Positions 24,354 through 37,707 of a stretch of DNA of 64,000 nucleotides are shown piece by piece. Origin of the DNA: Eledone cirrhosa (Eukaryota); assembly GCA_964016885.1 (NCBI GenBank), contig OZ024742.1, positions 277,264,001 to 277,328,000 of the forward strand. Reading direction: 5' to 3'. The stretch's first letter is position 1. Every line of letters begins with the position of its first letter. Made by a program: the position numbers and the translations under genes. Under the pieces are notes generated by a model, which had not been told where the DNA came from, did not search any database, and saw only the letters and a program-made list of their open reading frames with translations.

Positions 24354-25364
24354 TACATACACTTTTTATCTATGAAAGAACAAAATTTTAGATTTTTACA
24401 CACATTCTCTCTTAGATGTTCAACATATCTTTCCATAACGATCGGTCAATTGTTAGCACTACACATGGCAACTACCATTTTCATCTGGCATTCTAGCATA
24501 TTTAATTCTTTCCATTTTACCGTCGTCCCATCACTGGCAACTAAACAATCTCTCGTTTCGTTCATCTCAAAAATATTAATTCATGTTTGCACACACAAAG
24601 CTAAACTCAAAGCCTCAGCTCGAGCCAGCGCGGCTGGACCGAGGGGACCGCATGACAATCTCCCCATTCCGTGACGGTAGGCCACACGTCTCTCATGCTA
24701 CACGATGTGGCACCTTCTCTAGCGGCAGCATGCTGCGTCCGGCTGCCAGCTTAGTATCCGCTGTTTGCCATGCCGAAGATGGCAAACTGTCCGAGTATCG
24801 GCCGCTTTCTTATATGTTTGTGGTAGAGCGAGTAGCAGTGGAGACTACCAGTGTTCTTGACGCCTAGACAACGGCCCCCGCTCATGGCCATCGGAGCTGA
24901 GTTGGGTGCGCGAAGTTGCAAGTCTCCCCCAGTTTGATTGGCTCTACCAGCTCGTCTCCGTCACCGTCCTCCCAGGCAATATATTCTTCATCATGTCGGT
25001 ACGAAGAGGTGCAGGGTATGATAGTTTCCACCTCATATTTCTCTTCTGCTGCCTAGATATTTCTTCCTAGACCTATGTTACCGAAAGTTTTCAGAGTAAT
25101 CGAATGCAACAGCTGATTTTTGATTTCATAAAAACGACAACGACGATATCAACATAAGAGAAGAATACATTTGGAAAGGTTGATTGGTGGTAAGTATTTC
25201 CGTTGGACATGCAAAATTATTGCCGACGTATATTGTTGAAATATTGCACAAGTTTACTGATTAATGAAACAATGTTTCGACTATTACATCATCACTATTT
25301 AAATTGTGATAAGGACGCTTACAAATTGTTAGAAGAAGCAAAGAATGGAGTAAAACAATTAGAG

Positions 25365-25436
25365 TTCCCATGCCGGGAATCGAACCCGGGCCGCCTGGGT
25401 GAAAGCCAGGAATCCTAACCACTAGACCACATGGGA
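25365..25436 (-). tRNA. tRNA-Glu(TTC)
   Basis: Consensus copy. Confidence 0.96.
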
Positions 25437-25617
25437 AGCCATTGCTGAAATGAGGAAATAGTACACTTTTAAATGTGACAATATATTAATAAACTGTAGA
25501 AACTTCTATATATTTAGAGAAGCAGGCATAACATGACAGGCACGGTTTTCATTCATAGATAAATATCACTAGCGATTTCTTCAATACGTTGCTTTACTAA
25601 AGGTCACCACCTATACA

Positions 25618-25689
25618 TCCTCGGTAGTATAGTGGTAAGTATCCCCGCCTGTCACGCGGGAGACCGGGGTTCGATTCCCCGCCGGGGAG
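25618..25689 (+). tRNA. tRNA-Asp(GTC)
   Basis: Consensus copy. Confidence 0.96.
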
Positions 25690-26701
25690 TACATACACTT
25701 TTTATCTATGAAAGAACAAAATTTTAGATTTTTACACACATTCTCTCTTAGATGTTCAACATATCTTTCCATAACGATCGGTCAATTGTTAGCACTACAC
25801 ATGGCAACTACCATTTTCATCTGGCATTCTAGCATATTTAATTCTTTCCATTTTACCGTCGTCCCATCTCTGGCAACTAAACAATCTCTCGTTTCGTTCA
25901 TCTCAAAAATATTAATTCATGTTTGCACACACAAAGCTAAACTCAAAGCCTCAGCTCGAGCCAGCGCGGCTGGACCGAGGGGACCGCATGACAGTCTCCC
26001 CATTCCGTGACGGTAGGCCACACGTCTCACTTGCTACACGATGTGGCACCTTCTCTAGCGGCAGCATGCTGCGTCCGGCTGCCAGCTTAGTATCCGCTGT
26101 TTGCCAAGCCGAAGATGGCAAACTGTCCGAGTATCGGCCGCTTTCTTATATGTTTGTGGTAGAGCGAGTAGCAGTGGAGACTACCAGTGTTCTTGACGCC
26201 TAGACAACGGCCCCCGCTCATGGCCATCGGAGCTGAGTTGGGTGCGCGAAGTTGCAAGTCTCCCCCAGTTTGATTGGCTCTACCAGCTCGTCTCCGTCAC
26301 CGTCCTCCCAGGCAATATATTCTTCATCCTGTCGGTACGAAGAGGTGCAGGGTATGATAGTTTCCACCTCATATTTCTCTTCTGCTGCCTAGATATTTCT
26401 TCCTAGACCTATGTTACCGAAAGTTTTCAGAGTAATCGAATGCAACAGCTGATTTTTGATTTCATAAAAACGACAACGACGATATCAACATAAGAGAAGA
26501 ATACATTTGGAAAGGTTGATTGGTGGTAAGTATTTCCGTTGGACATGCAAAATTATTGCCGACGTATAGTGTTGAAATATTGCACAAGTTTACTGATTAA
26601 TGAAACAATGTTTCGACTAATATTATCATCACTATTTAAATTGTGATAAGGACGCTTACAAATTGTTAGGAGAAGCAAAGAATGGAGTAAAACAATTAGA
26701 G

Positions 26702-26773
26702 TTCCCATGCCGGGAATCGAACCCGGGCCGCCTGGGTGAAAGCCAGGAATCCTAACCACTAGACCACATGGGA
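26702..26773 (-). tRNA. tRNA-Glu(TTC)
   Basis: Consensus copy. Confidence 0.96.
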
Positions 26774-26954
26774 AGCCATTGCTGAAATGAGGAAATAGTA
26801 CACTTTTAAATGTGACAATATATTAATAAACTGTAGAAACTTCTATATATTTATAGAAGCAGGCATAACATGACAGGCACGGTTTTCATTCATAGATAAA
26901 TATCACTAGCGATTTCTTCAATACGTTGCTTTACTAAAGGTCACCACCTATACA

Positions 26955-27026
26955 TCCTCGGTAGTATAGTGGTAAGTATCCCCGCCTGTCACGCGGGAGA
27001 CCGGGGTTCGATTCCCCGCCGGAGAG
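26955..27026 (+). tRNA. tRNA-Asp(GTC), acceptor-stem mismatch variant
   Basis: G70A gives a C3:A70 mismatch. Confidence 0.8.
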
Positions 27027-28041
27027 GTACATATACTTTTTATCTATGAAAGAACAAAATTTTAGATTTTTACACACACACTCTCTCTTAGATGTTCAAC
27101 ATATCTTTCCATAACGATCGGTCAATTGTTAGCACTACACATGGCAACTACCATTTTCATCTGGCATTCTAGCATATTTAATTCTTTCCATTTTACCGTC
27201 GTCCCATCTCTGGCAACTAAACAATCTCTCGTTTCGTTCATCTCAAAAATATTAATTCATGTTTGCACACACAAAGCTAAACTCAAAGCCTCAGCTCGAG
27301 CCAGCGCGGCTGGACCGAGGGGACGCCATGACAATCTTCCCATTCCGTGACGGTAGGCCACACGTCTCTCTTGCTACACGATGTGGCACCTTCTCTAGCG
27401 GCAGCATGCTGCGTCCAGCTGCCAGCTTAGTATCCGCTGTTTGCCACGCCGAAGATGGGAAACTGTCCGAGTATTGGCCGCTTTCTTATATGTTTGTGGT
27501 AGAGCGAGTAGCAGTGGAGACTACCAGTGTTCTTGACCCCTAGACAACGGCCCCCGCTCATGGCCATCGGAGCTGAGTTGGGTGAGCGAAGTTGCAAGTC
27601 TCCCCCAGTTTGATTGGCTCTACCAGCTCGTCTCCGTCACCGTCCTCCCAGGCAATATATTCTTCATCCTGTCGGTACGAAGAGGTGCAGGGTATGATAG
27701 TTTCCACCTCATATTTCTCTTCTGCTGCCTAGATATTTCTTCCTAGACATATGTTACCGAAAGTTTTCAGAGTAATCGAATGCAACAGCTGATTTTTGAT
27801 TTCATAAAAACGACAACGACGATATCAACATAAGAGAAGAATACATTTGGAAAGGTTAGTTGGTGGCAAGTATTTCCGTTGGACAGGCAAAATTATTGCC
27901 GACGTATAGTGTTGAAATATTGCACAAGTTTACTGATTAATGAAACAATGTTTCGACTAATATTATCATCACTATTTAAATTGTGATAAGGACGCTTACA
28001 AATTGTTAGAAGAAGCAAAGAATGGAGTAAAACAATTAGAG

Positions 28042-28113
28042 TTCCCATGCCGGGAATCGAACCCGGGCCGCCTGGGTGAAAGCCAGGAATCCTAACCACT
28101 AGACCACATGGGA
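28042..28113 (-). tRNA. tRNA-Glu(TTC)
   Basis: Consensus copy. Confidence 0.96.
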
Positions 28114-28294
28114 AGCCATTGCTGAAATGAGGAAATAGTACACTTTTAAATGTGACAATATATTAATAAACTGTAGAAACTTCTATATATTTATAGAAGC
28201 AGGCATAACATGACAGGCACGGTTTTCATTCATAGATAAATATCACTAGCGATTTCTTCAATACGTTGCTTTACTAAAGGTCACCATCTATACA

Positions 28295-28366
28295 TCCTCG
28301 GTAGTATGGTGGTAACTATCCCCGCCTGTCACGCGGGAGACCGGGGTTCGATTCCCCGCCGGGGAG
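28295..28366 (+). pseudogene. tRNA-Asp(GTC), A-box/D-arm damaged variant
   Basis: A14G (invariant base) and G22C. Confidence 0.6.
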
Positions 28367-29379
28367 GTACATACACTTTTTATCTTTGAAAGAACAAAAT
28401 TTTAGATTTTTACACACATTCTCTCTTAGATGTTCAACATATCTTTCCATAACGATCGGTCAATTGTTAGCACTACACATGGCAACTACCATTTTCATCT
28501 GGCATTCTAGCATATTTAATTCTTTCCATTTTACCGTCGTCCCATCTCTGGCAACTAAACAATCTCTCGTTTCGTTCATCTCAAAAATATTAATTCATGT
28601 TTGCACACACAAAGCTAAACTCAAAGCCTCAGCTCGAGCCAGCGCGGCTGGACCGAGGGGACCGCATGACAATCTCCCCATTCCGTGACGGTAGGCCACA
28701 CGTCTCTCTTGCTACACGATGTGGCACCTTCTCTAGCGGCAGCATGCTGCGTCCGGCTGCCAGCTTAGTATCCGCTGTTTGCCATGCCGAAGATGGCAAA
28801 CTGTCCGAGTATCGGCCGCTTTCTTATATGTTTGTGGTAGAGCGAGTAGCAGTGGAGACTACCAGTGTTCTTGACGCCTAGACAACGGCCCCCGCTCATG
28901 GCCATCGGAGCTGAGTTGGGTGCGCGAAGTTGCAAGTCTCCCCCAGTTTGATTGGCTCTACCAGCTCGTCTCCGTCACCGTCCTCCCAGGCAATATATTC
29001 TTCATCCTGTCGGTACGAAGAGGTGCAGGGTATGATAGTTTCCACCTCATATTTCTCTTCTGCTGCCTAGATATTTCTTCCTAGACATATGTTACCGAAA
29101 GTTTTCAGAGTAATCGAATGCAACAGCTGATTTTTGATTTCATAAAAACGACAACGACGATATCAACATAAGAGAAGAATACATTTGGAAAGGTTAGTTG
29201 GTGGCAAGTATTTCCGTTGGACAGGCAAAATTATTGCCGACGTATAGTGTTGAAATATTGCACAAGTTTACTGATTAATGAAACAATGTTTCGACTAATA
29301 TTATCATCACTATTTAAATTGTGATAAGGACGCTTACAAATTGTTAGAAGAAGCAAAGAATGGAGTAAAACAATTAGAG

Positions 29380-29451
29380 TTCCCATGCCGGGAATCGAAC
29401 CCGGGCCGCCTGGGTGAAAGCCAGGAATCCTAACCACTAGACCACATGGGA
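29380..29451 (-). tRNA. tRNA-Glu(TTC)
   Basis: Consensus copy. Confidence 0.96.
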
Positions 29452-29632
29452 AGCCATTGCTGAAATGAGGAAATAGTACACTTTTAAATGTGACAATATA
29501 TTAATAAACTGTAGAAACTTCTATATATTTATAGAAGCAGGCATAACATGACAGGCACGGTTTTCATTCATAGATAAATATCACTAGCGATTTCTTCAAT
29601 ACGTTGCTTTACTAAAGGTCACCATCTATACA

Positions 29633-29704
29633 TCCTCGGTAGTATAGTGGTAACTATCCCCGCCTGTCACGCGGGAGACCGGGGTTCGATTCCCCGCCGG
29701 GGAG
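29633..29704 (+). tRNA. tRNA-Asp(GTC), G22C variant
   Basis: GGTAACTAT instead of GGTAAGTAT. Confidence 0.82.
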
Positions 29705-30716
29705 GTACATACACTTTTTATCTTTGAAAGAACAAAATTTTAGATTTTTACACACATTCTCTCTTAGATGTTCAACATATCTTTCCATAACGATCGGTCA
29801 ATTGTTAGCACTACACATGGCAACTACCATTTTCATCTGGCATTCTAGCATATTTAATTCTTTCCATTTTACCGTCGTCCCATCTCTGGCAACTAAACAA
29901 TCTCTCGTTTCGTTCATCTCAAAAATATTAATTCATGTTTGCACACACAAAGCTAAACTCAAAGCCTCAGCTCGAGCCAGCGCGGCTGGACCGAGGGGAC
30001 CGCATGACAATCTCCCCATTCCGTGACGGTAGGCCACACGTCTCTCTTGCTACACGATGTGGCACCTTCTCTAGCGGCAGCATGCTGCGTCCGGCTGCCA
30101 GCTTAGTATCCGCTGTTTGCCATGCCGAAGATGGCAAACTGTCCGAGTATCGGCCGCTTTCTTATATGTTTGTGGTAGAGCGAGTAGCAGTGGAGACTAC
30201 CAGTGTTCTTGACGCCTAGACAACGGCCCCCGCTCATGGCCATCGGAGCTGAGTTGGGTGCGCGAAGTTGCAAGTCTCCCCCAGTTTGATTGGCTCTACC
30301 AGCTCGTCTCCGTCACCGTCCTCCCAGGCAATATATTCTTCATCCTGTCGGTACGAAGAGGTGCAGGGTATGATAGTTTCCACCTCATATTTCTCTTCTG
30401 CTGCCTAGATATTTCTTCCTAGACCTATGTTACCGAAAGTTTTCAGAGTAATCGAATGCAACAGCTGATTTTTGATTTCATAAAAACGACAACGACGATA
30501 TCAACATAAGAGAAGAATACATTTGGAAAGGTTGATTGGTGGTAAGTATTTCCGTTGGACATGCAAAATTATTGCCGACGTATATTGTTGAAATATTGCA
30601 CAAGTTTACTGATTAATGAAACAATGTTTCGACTATTACATCATCACTATTTAAATTGTGATAAGGACGCTTACAAATTGTTAGGAGAAGCAAAGAATGG
30701 AGTAAAACAATTAGAG

Positions 30717-30788
30717 TTCCCATGCCGGGAATCGAACCCGGGCCGCCTGGGTGAAAGCCAGGAATCCTAACCACTAGACCACATGGGA
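30717..30788 (-). tRNA. tRNA-Glu(TTC)
   Basis: Consensus copy. Confidence 0.96.
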
Positions 30789-30969
30789 AGCCATTGCTGA
30801 AATGAGGAAATAGTACACTTTTAAATGTGACAATATATTAATAAACTGTAGAAACTTCTATATATTTAGAGAAGCAGGCATAACATGACAGGCACGGTTT
30901 TCATTCATAGATAAATATCACTAGCGATTTCTTCAATACGTTGCTCTACTAAAGGTCACCACCTGTACA

Positions 30970-31041
30970 TCCTCGGTAGTATAGTGGTAAGTATCCCCGC
31001 CTGTCACGCGGGAGACCGGGGTTCGATTCCCCGCCGGGGAG
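30970..31041 (+). tRNA. tRNA-Asp(GTC)
   Basis: Consensus copy. Confidence 0.96.
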
Positions 31042-32034
31042 GTAAATATACTTTTTATCTATGAAAGAACAAAATTCTCTCTTAGACGTTCAACATATCT
31101 TTCCATAACGATCGGTCAATTGTTAGCACTACACATGGCAACTACCATTTTCATCTGGCATTCTAGCATATTTAATTCTTTCCATTTTACCGTCGTCCCA
31201 TCTCTGGCAACTAAACAATCTCTCGTTTCGTTCATCTCAAAAATATTAATTCATGTTTGCACACACAAAGCTAAACTCAAAGCCTCAGCTCGAGCCAGCG
31301 CGGCTGGACCGAGGGGACGCCATGACAATCTTCCCATTCCGTGACGGTAGGCCACACGTCTCTCTTGCTACACGATGTGGCACCTTCTCTAGCGGCAGCA
31401 TGCTGCGTCCGGCTGCCAGCTTAGTATCCGCTCTTTGCCACGCCGAAGATGGGAAACTGTCCGAGTATCGGCCGCTTTCTTATATGTTTGTGGTAGAGCG
31501 AGTAGCAGTGGAGACTACCAGTGTTCTTGACGCCTAGACAACGGCCCCCGCTCATGGCCATCGGAGCTGAGTTGGGTGAGCGAAGTTGCAAGTCTCCCCC
31601 AGTTTGATTGGCTCTACCAGCTCGTCTCCGTCACCGTCCTCCCAGGCAATATATTCTTCATCCTGTCGGTACGAAGAGGTGCAGGGTATGATAGTTTCCA
31701 CCTCATATTTCTCTTCTGCTGCCTAGATATTTCTTCCTAGACATATGTTACCGAAAGTTTTCAGAGTAATCGAAAGCAACAGCTGATTTTTGATTTCATA
31801 AAAACGACAACGACGATATCAACATATGAGAAGAATACATTTGGAAAGGTTGATTGGTGGTAAGTATTTCCGTTGGACATGCAAAATTATTGCCGACGTA
31901 TAGTGTTGAAATATTGCACAAGTTTTCTGATTAATGAAACAATGTTTCGATTATGACATCATCACTATTTAAATAGTGATAAGGACGCTTACAAATTGTT
32001 CAAAGAAGCAAAGAATGGAGTAAAGCAATTAGAG

Positions 32035-32106
32035 TTCCCATGCCGGGAATCGAACAAGGGCCACCTGGGTTAAAGCCAGGAATCCTAACCACTAGACCAC
32101 ATGGGA
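32035..32106 (-). pseudogene. tRNA-Glu-derived gene with TTA (ochre-suppressor) anticodon and damaged T stem
   Basis: Reverse-complement anticodon arm CCTGG-CT-TTA-AC-CCAGG (taa on + strand at 32071-32073); G51T/G52T; terminator reduced to T3. Confidence 0.8.
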
Positions 32107-32287
32107 ATCCATTGCTGAAATGAGGAAATAGTACACTTTTAAATGTGACAATATATTAATAAACTGTAGACACTTCTATATATTTATAGAAGCAGGCATA
32201 ACATGACAGGCACGGTTTTCATTCATAGATAAATATCACTAGCGATTTCTTCAATACGTTGCTCTACTAAAGGTCACCACCTATACA

Positions 32288-32359
32288 TCCTCGGTAGTAT
32301 AGTGGTAAGTATCCCCGCCTGTCACGCGGGAGACCGGGGTTCGATTCCCCGCCGGGGAG
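32288..32359 (+). tRNA. tRNA-Asp(GTC)
   Basis: Consensus copy. Confidence 0.96.
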
Positions 32360-33371
32360 GTACATATACTTTTTATCTATGAAAGAACAAAATTTTAGAT
32401 TTTTACACACATTCTCTCTTAGATGTTCAACATATCTTTCCATAACGATCGGTCAATTGTTAGCACTACACATGGCAACTACCATTTTCATCTGGCATTC
32501 TAGCATATTTAATTCTTTCCATTTTACCGTCGTCCCATCTCTGGCAACTAAACAATCTCTCGTTTCGTTCATCTCAAAAATATTAATTCATGTTTGCACA
32601 CACAAAGCTAAACTCAAAGCCTCAGCTCGAGCCAGCGCGGCTGGACCGAGGGGACCGCATGACAATCTCCCCATTCCGTGACGGTAGGCCACACGTCTCT
32701 CTTGCTACACGATGTGGCACCTTCTCTAGCGGCAGCATGCTGCGTCCGGCTGCCAGCTTAGTATCCGCTGTTTGCCATGCCGAAGATGGCAAACTGTCCG
32801 AGTATCGGCCGCTTTCTTATATGTTTGTGGTAGAGCGAGTAGCAGTGGAGACTACCAGTGTTCTTGACGCCTAGACAACGGCCCCCGCTCATGGCCATCG
32901 GAGCTGAGTTGGGTGCGCGAAGTTGCAAGTCTCCCCCAGTTTGATTGGCTCTACCAGCTCGTCTCCGTCACCGTCCTCCCAGGCAATATATTCTTCATCC
33001 TGTCGGTACGAAGAGGTGCAGGGTATGATAGTTTCCACCTCATATTTCTCTTCTGCTGCCTAGATATTTCTTCCTAGACATATGTTACCGAAAGTTTTCA
33101 GAGTAATCGAAAGCAACAGCTGATTTTTGATTTCATAAAAACGACAACGACGATATCAACATAAGAGAAGAATACATTTGGAAAGGTTGATTGGTGGTAA
33201 GTATTTCCGTTGGACATGCAAAATTATTGCCGACGTATATTGTTGAAATATTGCACAAGTTTACTGATTAATGAAACAATGTTTCGACTATTACATCATC
33301 ACTATTTAAATTGTGATAAGGACGCTTACAAATTGTTAGAAGAAGCAAAGAATGGAGTAAAACAATTAGAG

Positions 33372-33443
33372 TTCCCATGCCGGGAATCGAACCCGGGCCG
33401 CCTGGGTGAAAGCCAGGAATCCTAACCACTAGACCACATGGGA
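33372..33443 (-). tRNA. tRNA-Glu(TTC)
   Basis: Consensus copy. Confidence 0.96.
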
Positions 33444-33624
33444 AGCCATTGCTGAAATGAGGAAATAGTACACTTTTAAATGTGACAATATATTAATAAA
33501 CTGTAGAAACTTCTATATATTTAGAGAAGCAGGCATAACATGACAGGCACGGTTTTCATTCATAGATAAATATCACTAGCGATTTCTTCAATACGTTGCT
33601 TTACTAAAGGTCACCACCTATACA

Positions 33625-33696
33625 TCCTCGGTAGTATAGTGGTAAGTATCCCCGCCTGTCACGCGGGAGACCGGGGTTCGATTCCCCGCCGGGGAG
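33625..33696 (+). tRNA. tRNA-Asp(GTC)
   Basis: Consensus copy. Confidence 0.96.
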
Positions 33697-34710
33697 GTAC
33701 ATATACTTTTTATCTATGAAAGAACAAAATTTTAGATTTTTACACACACACTCTCTCTTAGATGTTCAACATATCTTTCCATAACGATCGGTCAATTGTT
33801 AGCACTACACATGGCAACTACCATTTTCATCTGGCATTCTAGCATATTTAATTCTTTCCATTTTACCGTCGTCCCATCTCTGGCAACTAAACAATCTCTC
33901 GTTTCGTTCATCTCAAAAATATTAATTCATGTTTGCACACACAAAGCTAAACTCAAAGCCTCAGCTCGAGCCAGCGCGGCTGGACCGAGGGGACGCCATG
34001 ACAATCTTCCCATTCCGTGACGGTAGGCCACACGTCTCTCTTGCTACACGATGTGGCACCTTCTCTAGCGGCAGCATGCTGCGTCCAGCTGCCAGCTTAG
34101 TATCCGCTCTTTGCCACGCCGAAGATGGGAAACTGTCCGAGTATCGGCCGCTTTCTTATATGTTTGTGGTAGAGCGAGTAGCAGTGGAGACTACCAGTGT
34201 TCTTGACGCCTAGACAACGGCCCCCGCTCATGGCCATCGGAGCTGAGTTGGGTGCGCGAAGTTGCAAGTCTCCCCCAGTTTGATTGGCTCTACCAGCTCG
34301 TCTCCGTCACCGTCCTCCCAGGCAATATATTCTTCATCCTGTCGGTACGAAGAGGTGCAGGGTATGATAGTTTCCACCTCATATTTCTCTTCTGCTGCCT
34401 AGATATTTCTTCCTAGACATATGTTACCGAAAGTTTTCAGAGTAATCGAAAGCAACAGCTGATTTTTGATTTCATAAAAACGACAACGACGATATCAACA
34501 TAAGAGAAGAATACATTTGGAAAGGTTGGTTGGTGGTAAGTATTTCCGTTGGACATGCAAAATTATTGCCGACGTATAGTGTTGAAATATTGCACAAGTT
34601 TACTGATTAATGAAACAATGTTTCGACTATTACATCATCACTATTTAAATTGTGATAAGGACGCTTACAAATTGTTAGAAGAAGCAAAGAATGTAGTAAA
34701 ACAATTAGAG

Positions 34711-34782
34711 TTCCCATGCCGGGAATCGAACCCGGGCCGCCTGGGTGAAAGCCAGGAATCCTAACCACTAGACCACATGGGA
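34711..34782 (-). tRNA. tRNA-Glu(TTC)
   Basis: Consensus copy. Confidence 0.96.
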
Positions 34783-34963
34783 AGCCATTGCTGATATGAG
34801 GAAATAGTACACTTTTAAATGTGACAATATATTAATAAACTGTAGAAACTTCTATATATTTAGAGAAGCAGGCATAACATGACAGGCACGGTTTTCATTC
34901 ATAGATAAATATCACTAGCGATTTCTTCAATACGTTGCTTTACTAAAGGTCACCACCTATACA

Positions 34964-35035
34964 TCCTCGGTAGTATAGTGGTAAGTATCCCCGCCTGTCA
35001 CGCGGGAGACCGGGGTTCGATTCCCCGACGGGGAG
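34964..35035 (+). tRNA. tRNA-Asp(GTC), C66A variant
   Basis: G7:A66 mismatch. Confidence 0.82.
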
Positions 35036-36047
35036 TACATACACTTTTTATCTATGAAAGAACAAAATTTTAGATTTTTACACACATTCTCTCTTAGATG
35101 TTCAACATATCTTTCCATAACGATCGGTCAATTGTTAGCACTACACATGGCAACTACCATTTTCATCTGGCATTCTAGCATATTTAATTCTTTCCATTTT
35201 ACCGTCGTCCCATCTCTGGCAACTAAACAATCTCTCGTTTCGTTCATCTCAAAAATATTAATTCATGTTTGCACACACAAAGCTAAACTCAAAGCCTCAG
35301 CTCGAGCCAGCGCGGCTGGACCGAGGGGACCGCATGACAATCTCCCCATTCCGTGACGGTAGGCCACACGTCTCTCTTGCTACACGATGTGGCACCTTCT
35401 CTAGCGGCAGCATGCTGCGTCCGGCTGCCAGCTTAGTATCCGCTGTTTGCCATGCCGAAGATGGCAAACTGTCCGAGTATCGGCCGCTTTCTTATATGTT
35501 TGTGGTAGAGCGAGTAGCAGTGGAGACTACCAGTGTTCTTGACGCCTAGACAACGGCCCCCGCTCATGGCCATCGGAGCTGAGTTGGGTGCGCGAAGTTG
35601 CAAGTCTCCCCCAGTTTGATTGGCTCTACCAGCTCGTCTCCGTCACCGTCCTCCCAGGCAATATATTCTTCATCCTGTCGGTACGAAGAGGTGCAGGGTA
35701 TGATAAGTTTCCACCTCATATTTCTCTTCTGCTGCCTAGATATTTCTTCCTAGACATATATTACCGAAAGTTTTCAGAGTAATCGAAAGCAACAGCTGAT
35801 TTTTGATTTCATAAAAACGACAACGACGATATCAACATAAGAGAAGAATACATTTGGAAAGGTTGATTGGTGGTAAGTATTTCCGTTGGACATGCAAAAT
35901 TATTGCCGACGTATAGTGTTGAAATATTGCACAAGTTTACTGATTAATGAAACAATGTTTCGACTATTACATCATCACTATTTAAATTGTGATAAGGACG
36001 CTTACAAATTGTTAGAAGAAGCAAAGAATGGAGTAAAACAATTAGAG

Positions 36048-36119
36048 TTCCCATGCCGGGAATCGAACCCGGGCCGCCTGGGTGAAAGCCAGGAATCCTA
36101 ACCACTAGACCACATGGGA
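36048..36119 (-). tRNA. tRNA-Glu(TTC)
   Basis: Consensus copy. Confidence 0.96.
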
Positions 36120-36300
36120 AGCCATTGCTGAAATGAGGAAATAGTACACTTTTAAATGTGACAATATATTAATAAACTGTAGAAACTTCTATATATTTAG
36201 AGAAGCAGGCATAACATGACAGGCACGGTTTTCCTTCATAGATAAATATCACTAGCGATTTCTTCAATACGTTGCTTTACTAAAGGTCACCATCTATACA

Positions 36301-36371
36301 TCCTCGGTAGTATAGTGGTAAGTATCCCCGCCTGTCACGCGGGAGACCGGGTTCGATTCCCCGCCGGGGAG
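36301..36371 (+). pseudogene. tRNA-Asp(GTC), 1 nt T-stem deletion
   Basis: ACCGGGTTCG instead of ACCGGGGTTCG; shared with the paralog at 52315. Confidence 0.65.
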
Positions 36372-37382
36372 TACATACACTTTTTATCTATGAAAGAACA
36401 AAATTTTAGATTTTTACACACATTCTCTCTTAGATGTTCAACATATCTTTCCATAACGATCGGTCAATTGTTAGCACTACACATGGCAACTACCATTTTC
36501 ATCTGGCATTCTAGCATATTTAATTCTTTCCATTTTACCGTCGTCCCATCTCTGGCAACTAAACAATCTCTCGTTTCGTTCATCTCAAAAATATTAATTC
36601 ATGTTTGCACACACAAAGCTAAACTCAAAGCCTCAGCTCGAGCCAGCGCGGCTGGACCGAGGGGACGCCATGACAATCTTGCCATTCCGTGACGGTAGGC
36701 CACACGTCTCTCTTGCTACAGGATGTGGCACCTTCTCTAGCGGCAGCATGCTGCGTCCAGCTGCCAGCTTAGTATCCGCTGTTTGCCACGCCGAAGATGG
36801 GAAACTGTCCGAGTATTGGCCGCTTTCTTATATGTTTGTGGTAGAGCGAGTAGCAGTGGAGACTACCAGTGTTCTTGACCCCTAGACAACGGCCCCCGCT
36901 CATGGCCATCGGAGCTGAGTTGGGTGAGCGAAGTTGCAAGTCTCCCCCAGTTTGATTGGCTCTACCAGCTCGTCTCCGTCACCGTCCTCCCAGGCAATAT
37001 ATTCTTCATCCTGTCGGTACGAAGAGGTGCAGGGTATGATAGTTTCCACCTCATATTTCTCTTCTGCTGCCTAGATATTTCTTCCTAGACATATGTTACC
37101 GAAAGTTTTCAGAGTAATCGAAAGCAACAGCTGATTTTTGATTTCATAAAAACGACAACGACGATATCAACATATGAGAAGAATACATTTGGAAAGGTTG
37201 ATTGGTGGTAAGTATTTCCGTTGGACATGCAAAATTATTGCCGACGTATAGTGTTGAAATATTGCACAAGTTTTCTGATTAATGAAACAATGTTTCGATT
37301 ATGACATCATCACTATTTAAATAGTGATAAGGACGCTTACAAATTGTTCAAAGAAGCAAAGAATGGAGTAAAGCAATTAGAG

Positions 37383-37454
37383 TTCCCATGCCGGGAATCG
37401 AACAAGGGCCACCTGGGTGAAAGCCAGGAATCCTAACCACTAGACCACATGGGA
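37383..37454 (-). pseudogene. tRNA-Glu(TTC), G51T/G52T T-stem-damaged
   Basis: gaacaagggcc on + strand; T3 terminator. Confidence 0.78.
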
Positions 37455-37635
37455 ATCCATTGCTGAAATGAGGAAATAGTACACTTTTAAATGTGACAAT
37501 ATATTAATAAACTGTAGACACTTCTATATATTTATAGAAGCAGGCATAACATGACAGGCACGGTTTTCATTCATAGATAAATATCACTAGCGATTTCTTC
37601 AATACGTTGCTCTACTAAAGGTCACCACCTATACA

Positions 37636-37707
37636 TCCTCGGTAGTATAGTGGTAAGTATCCCCGCCTGTCACGCGGGAGACCGGGGTTCGATTCCCCGT
37701 CGGGGAG
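37636..37707 (+). tRNA. tRNA-Asp(GTC), C66T variant
   Basis: G7-T66 wobble; otherwise consensus. Confidence 0.92.

Noticed and set aside
26553-26759. Minus-strand ORF MVRIPGFHPGGPGSIPGMG... and + strand MVSIPACHAG... ORFs
   Set aside because: These are translations of the tRNA-Glu and tRNA-Asp genes themselves, a common false-ORF signature.
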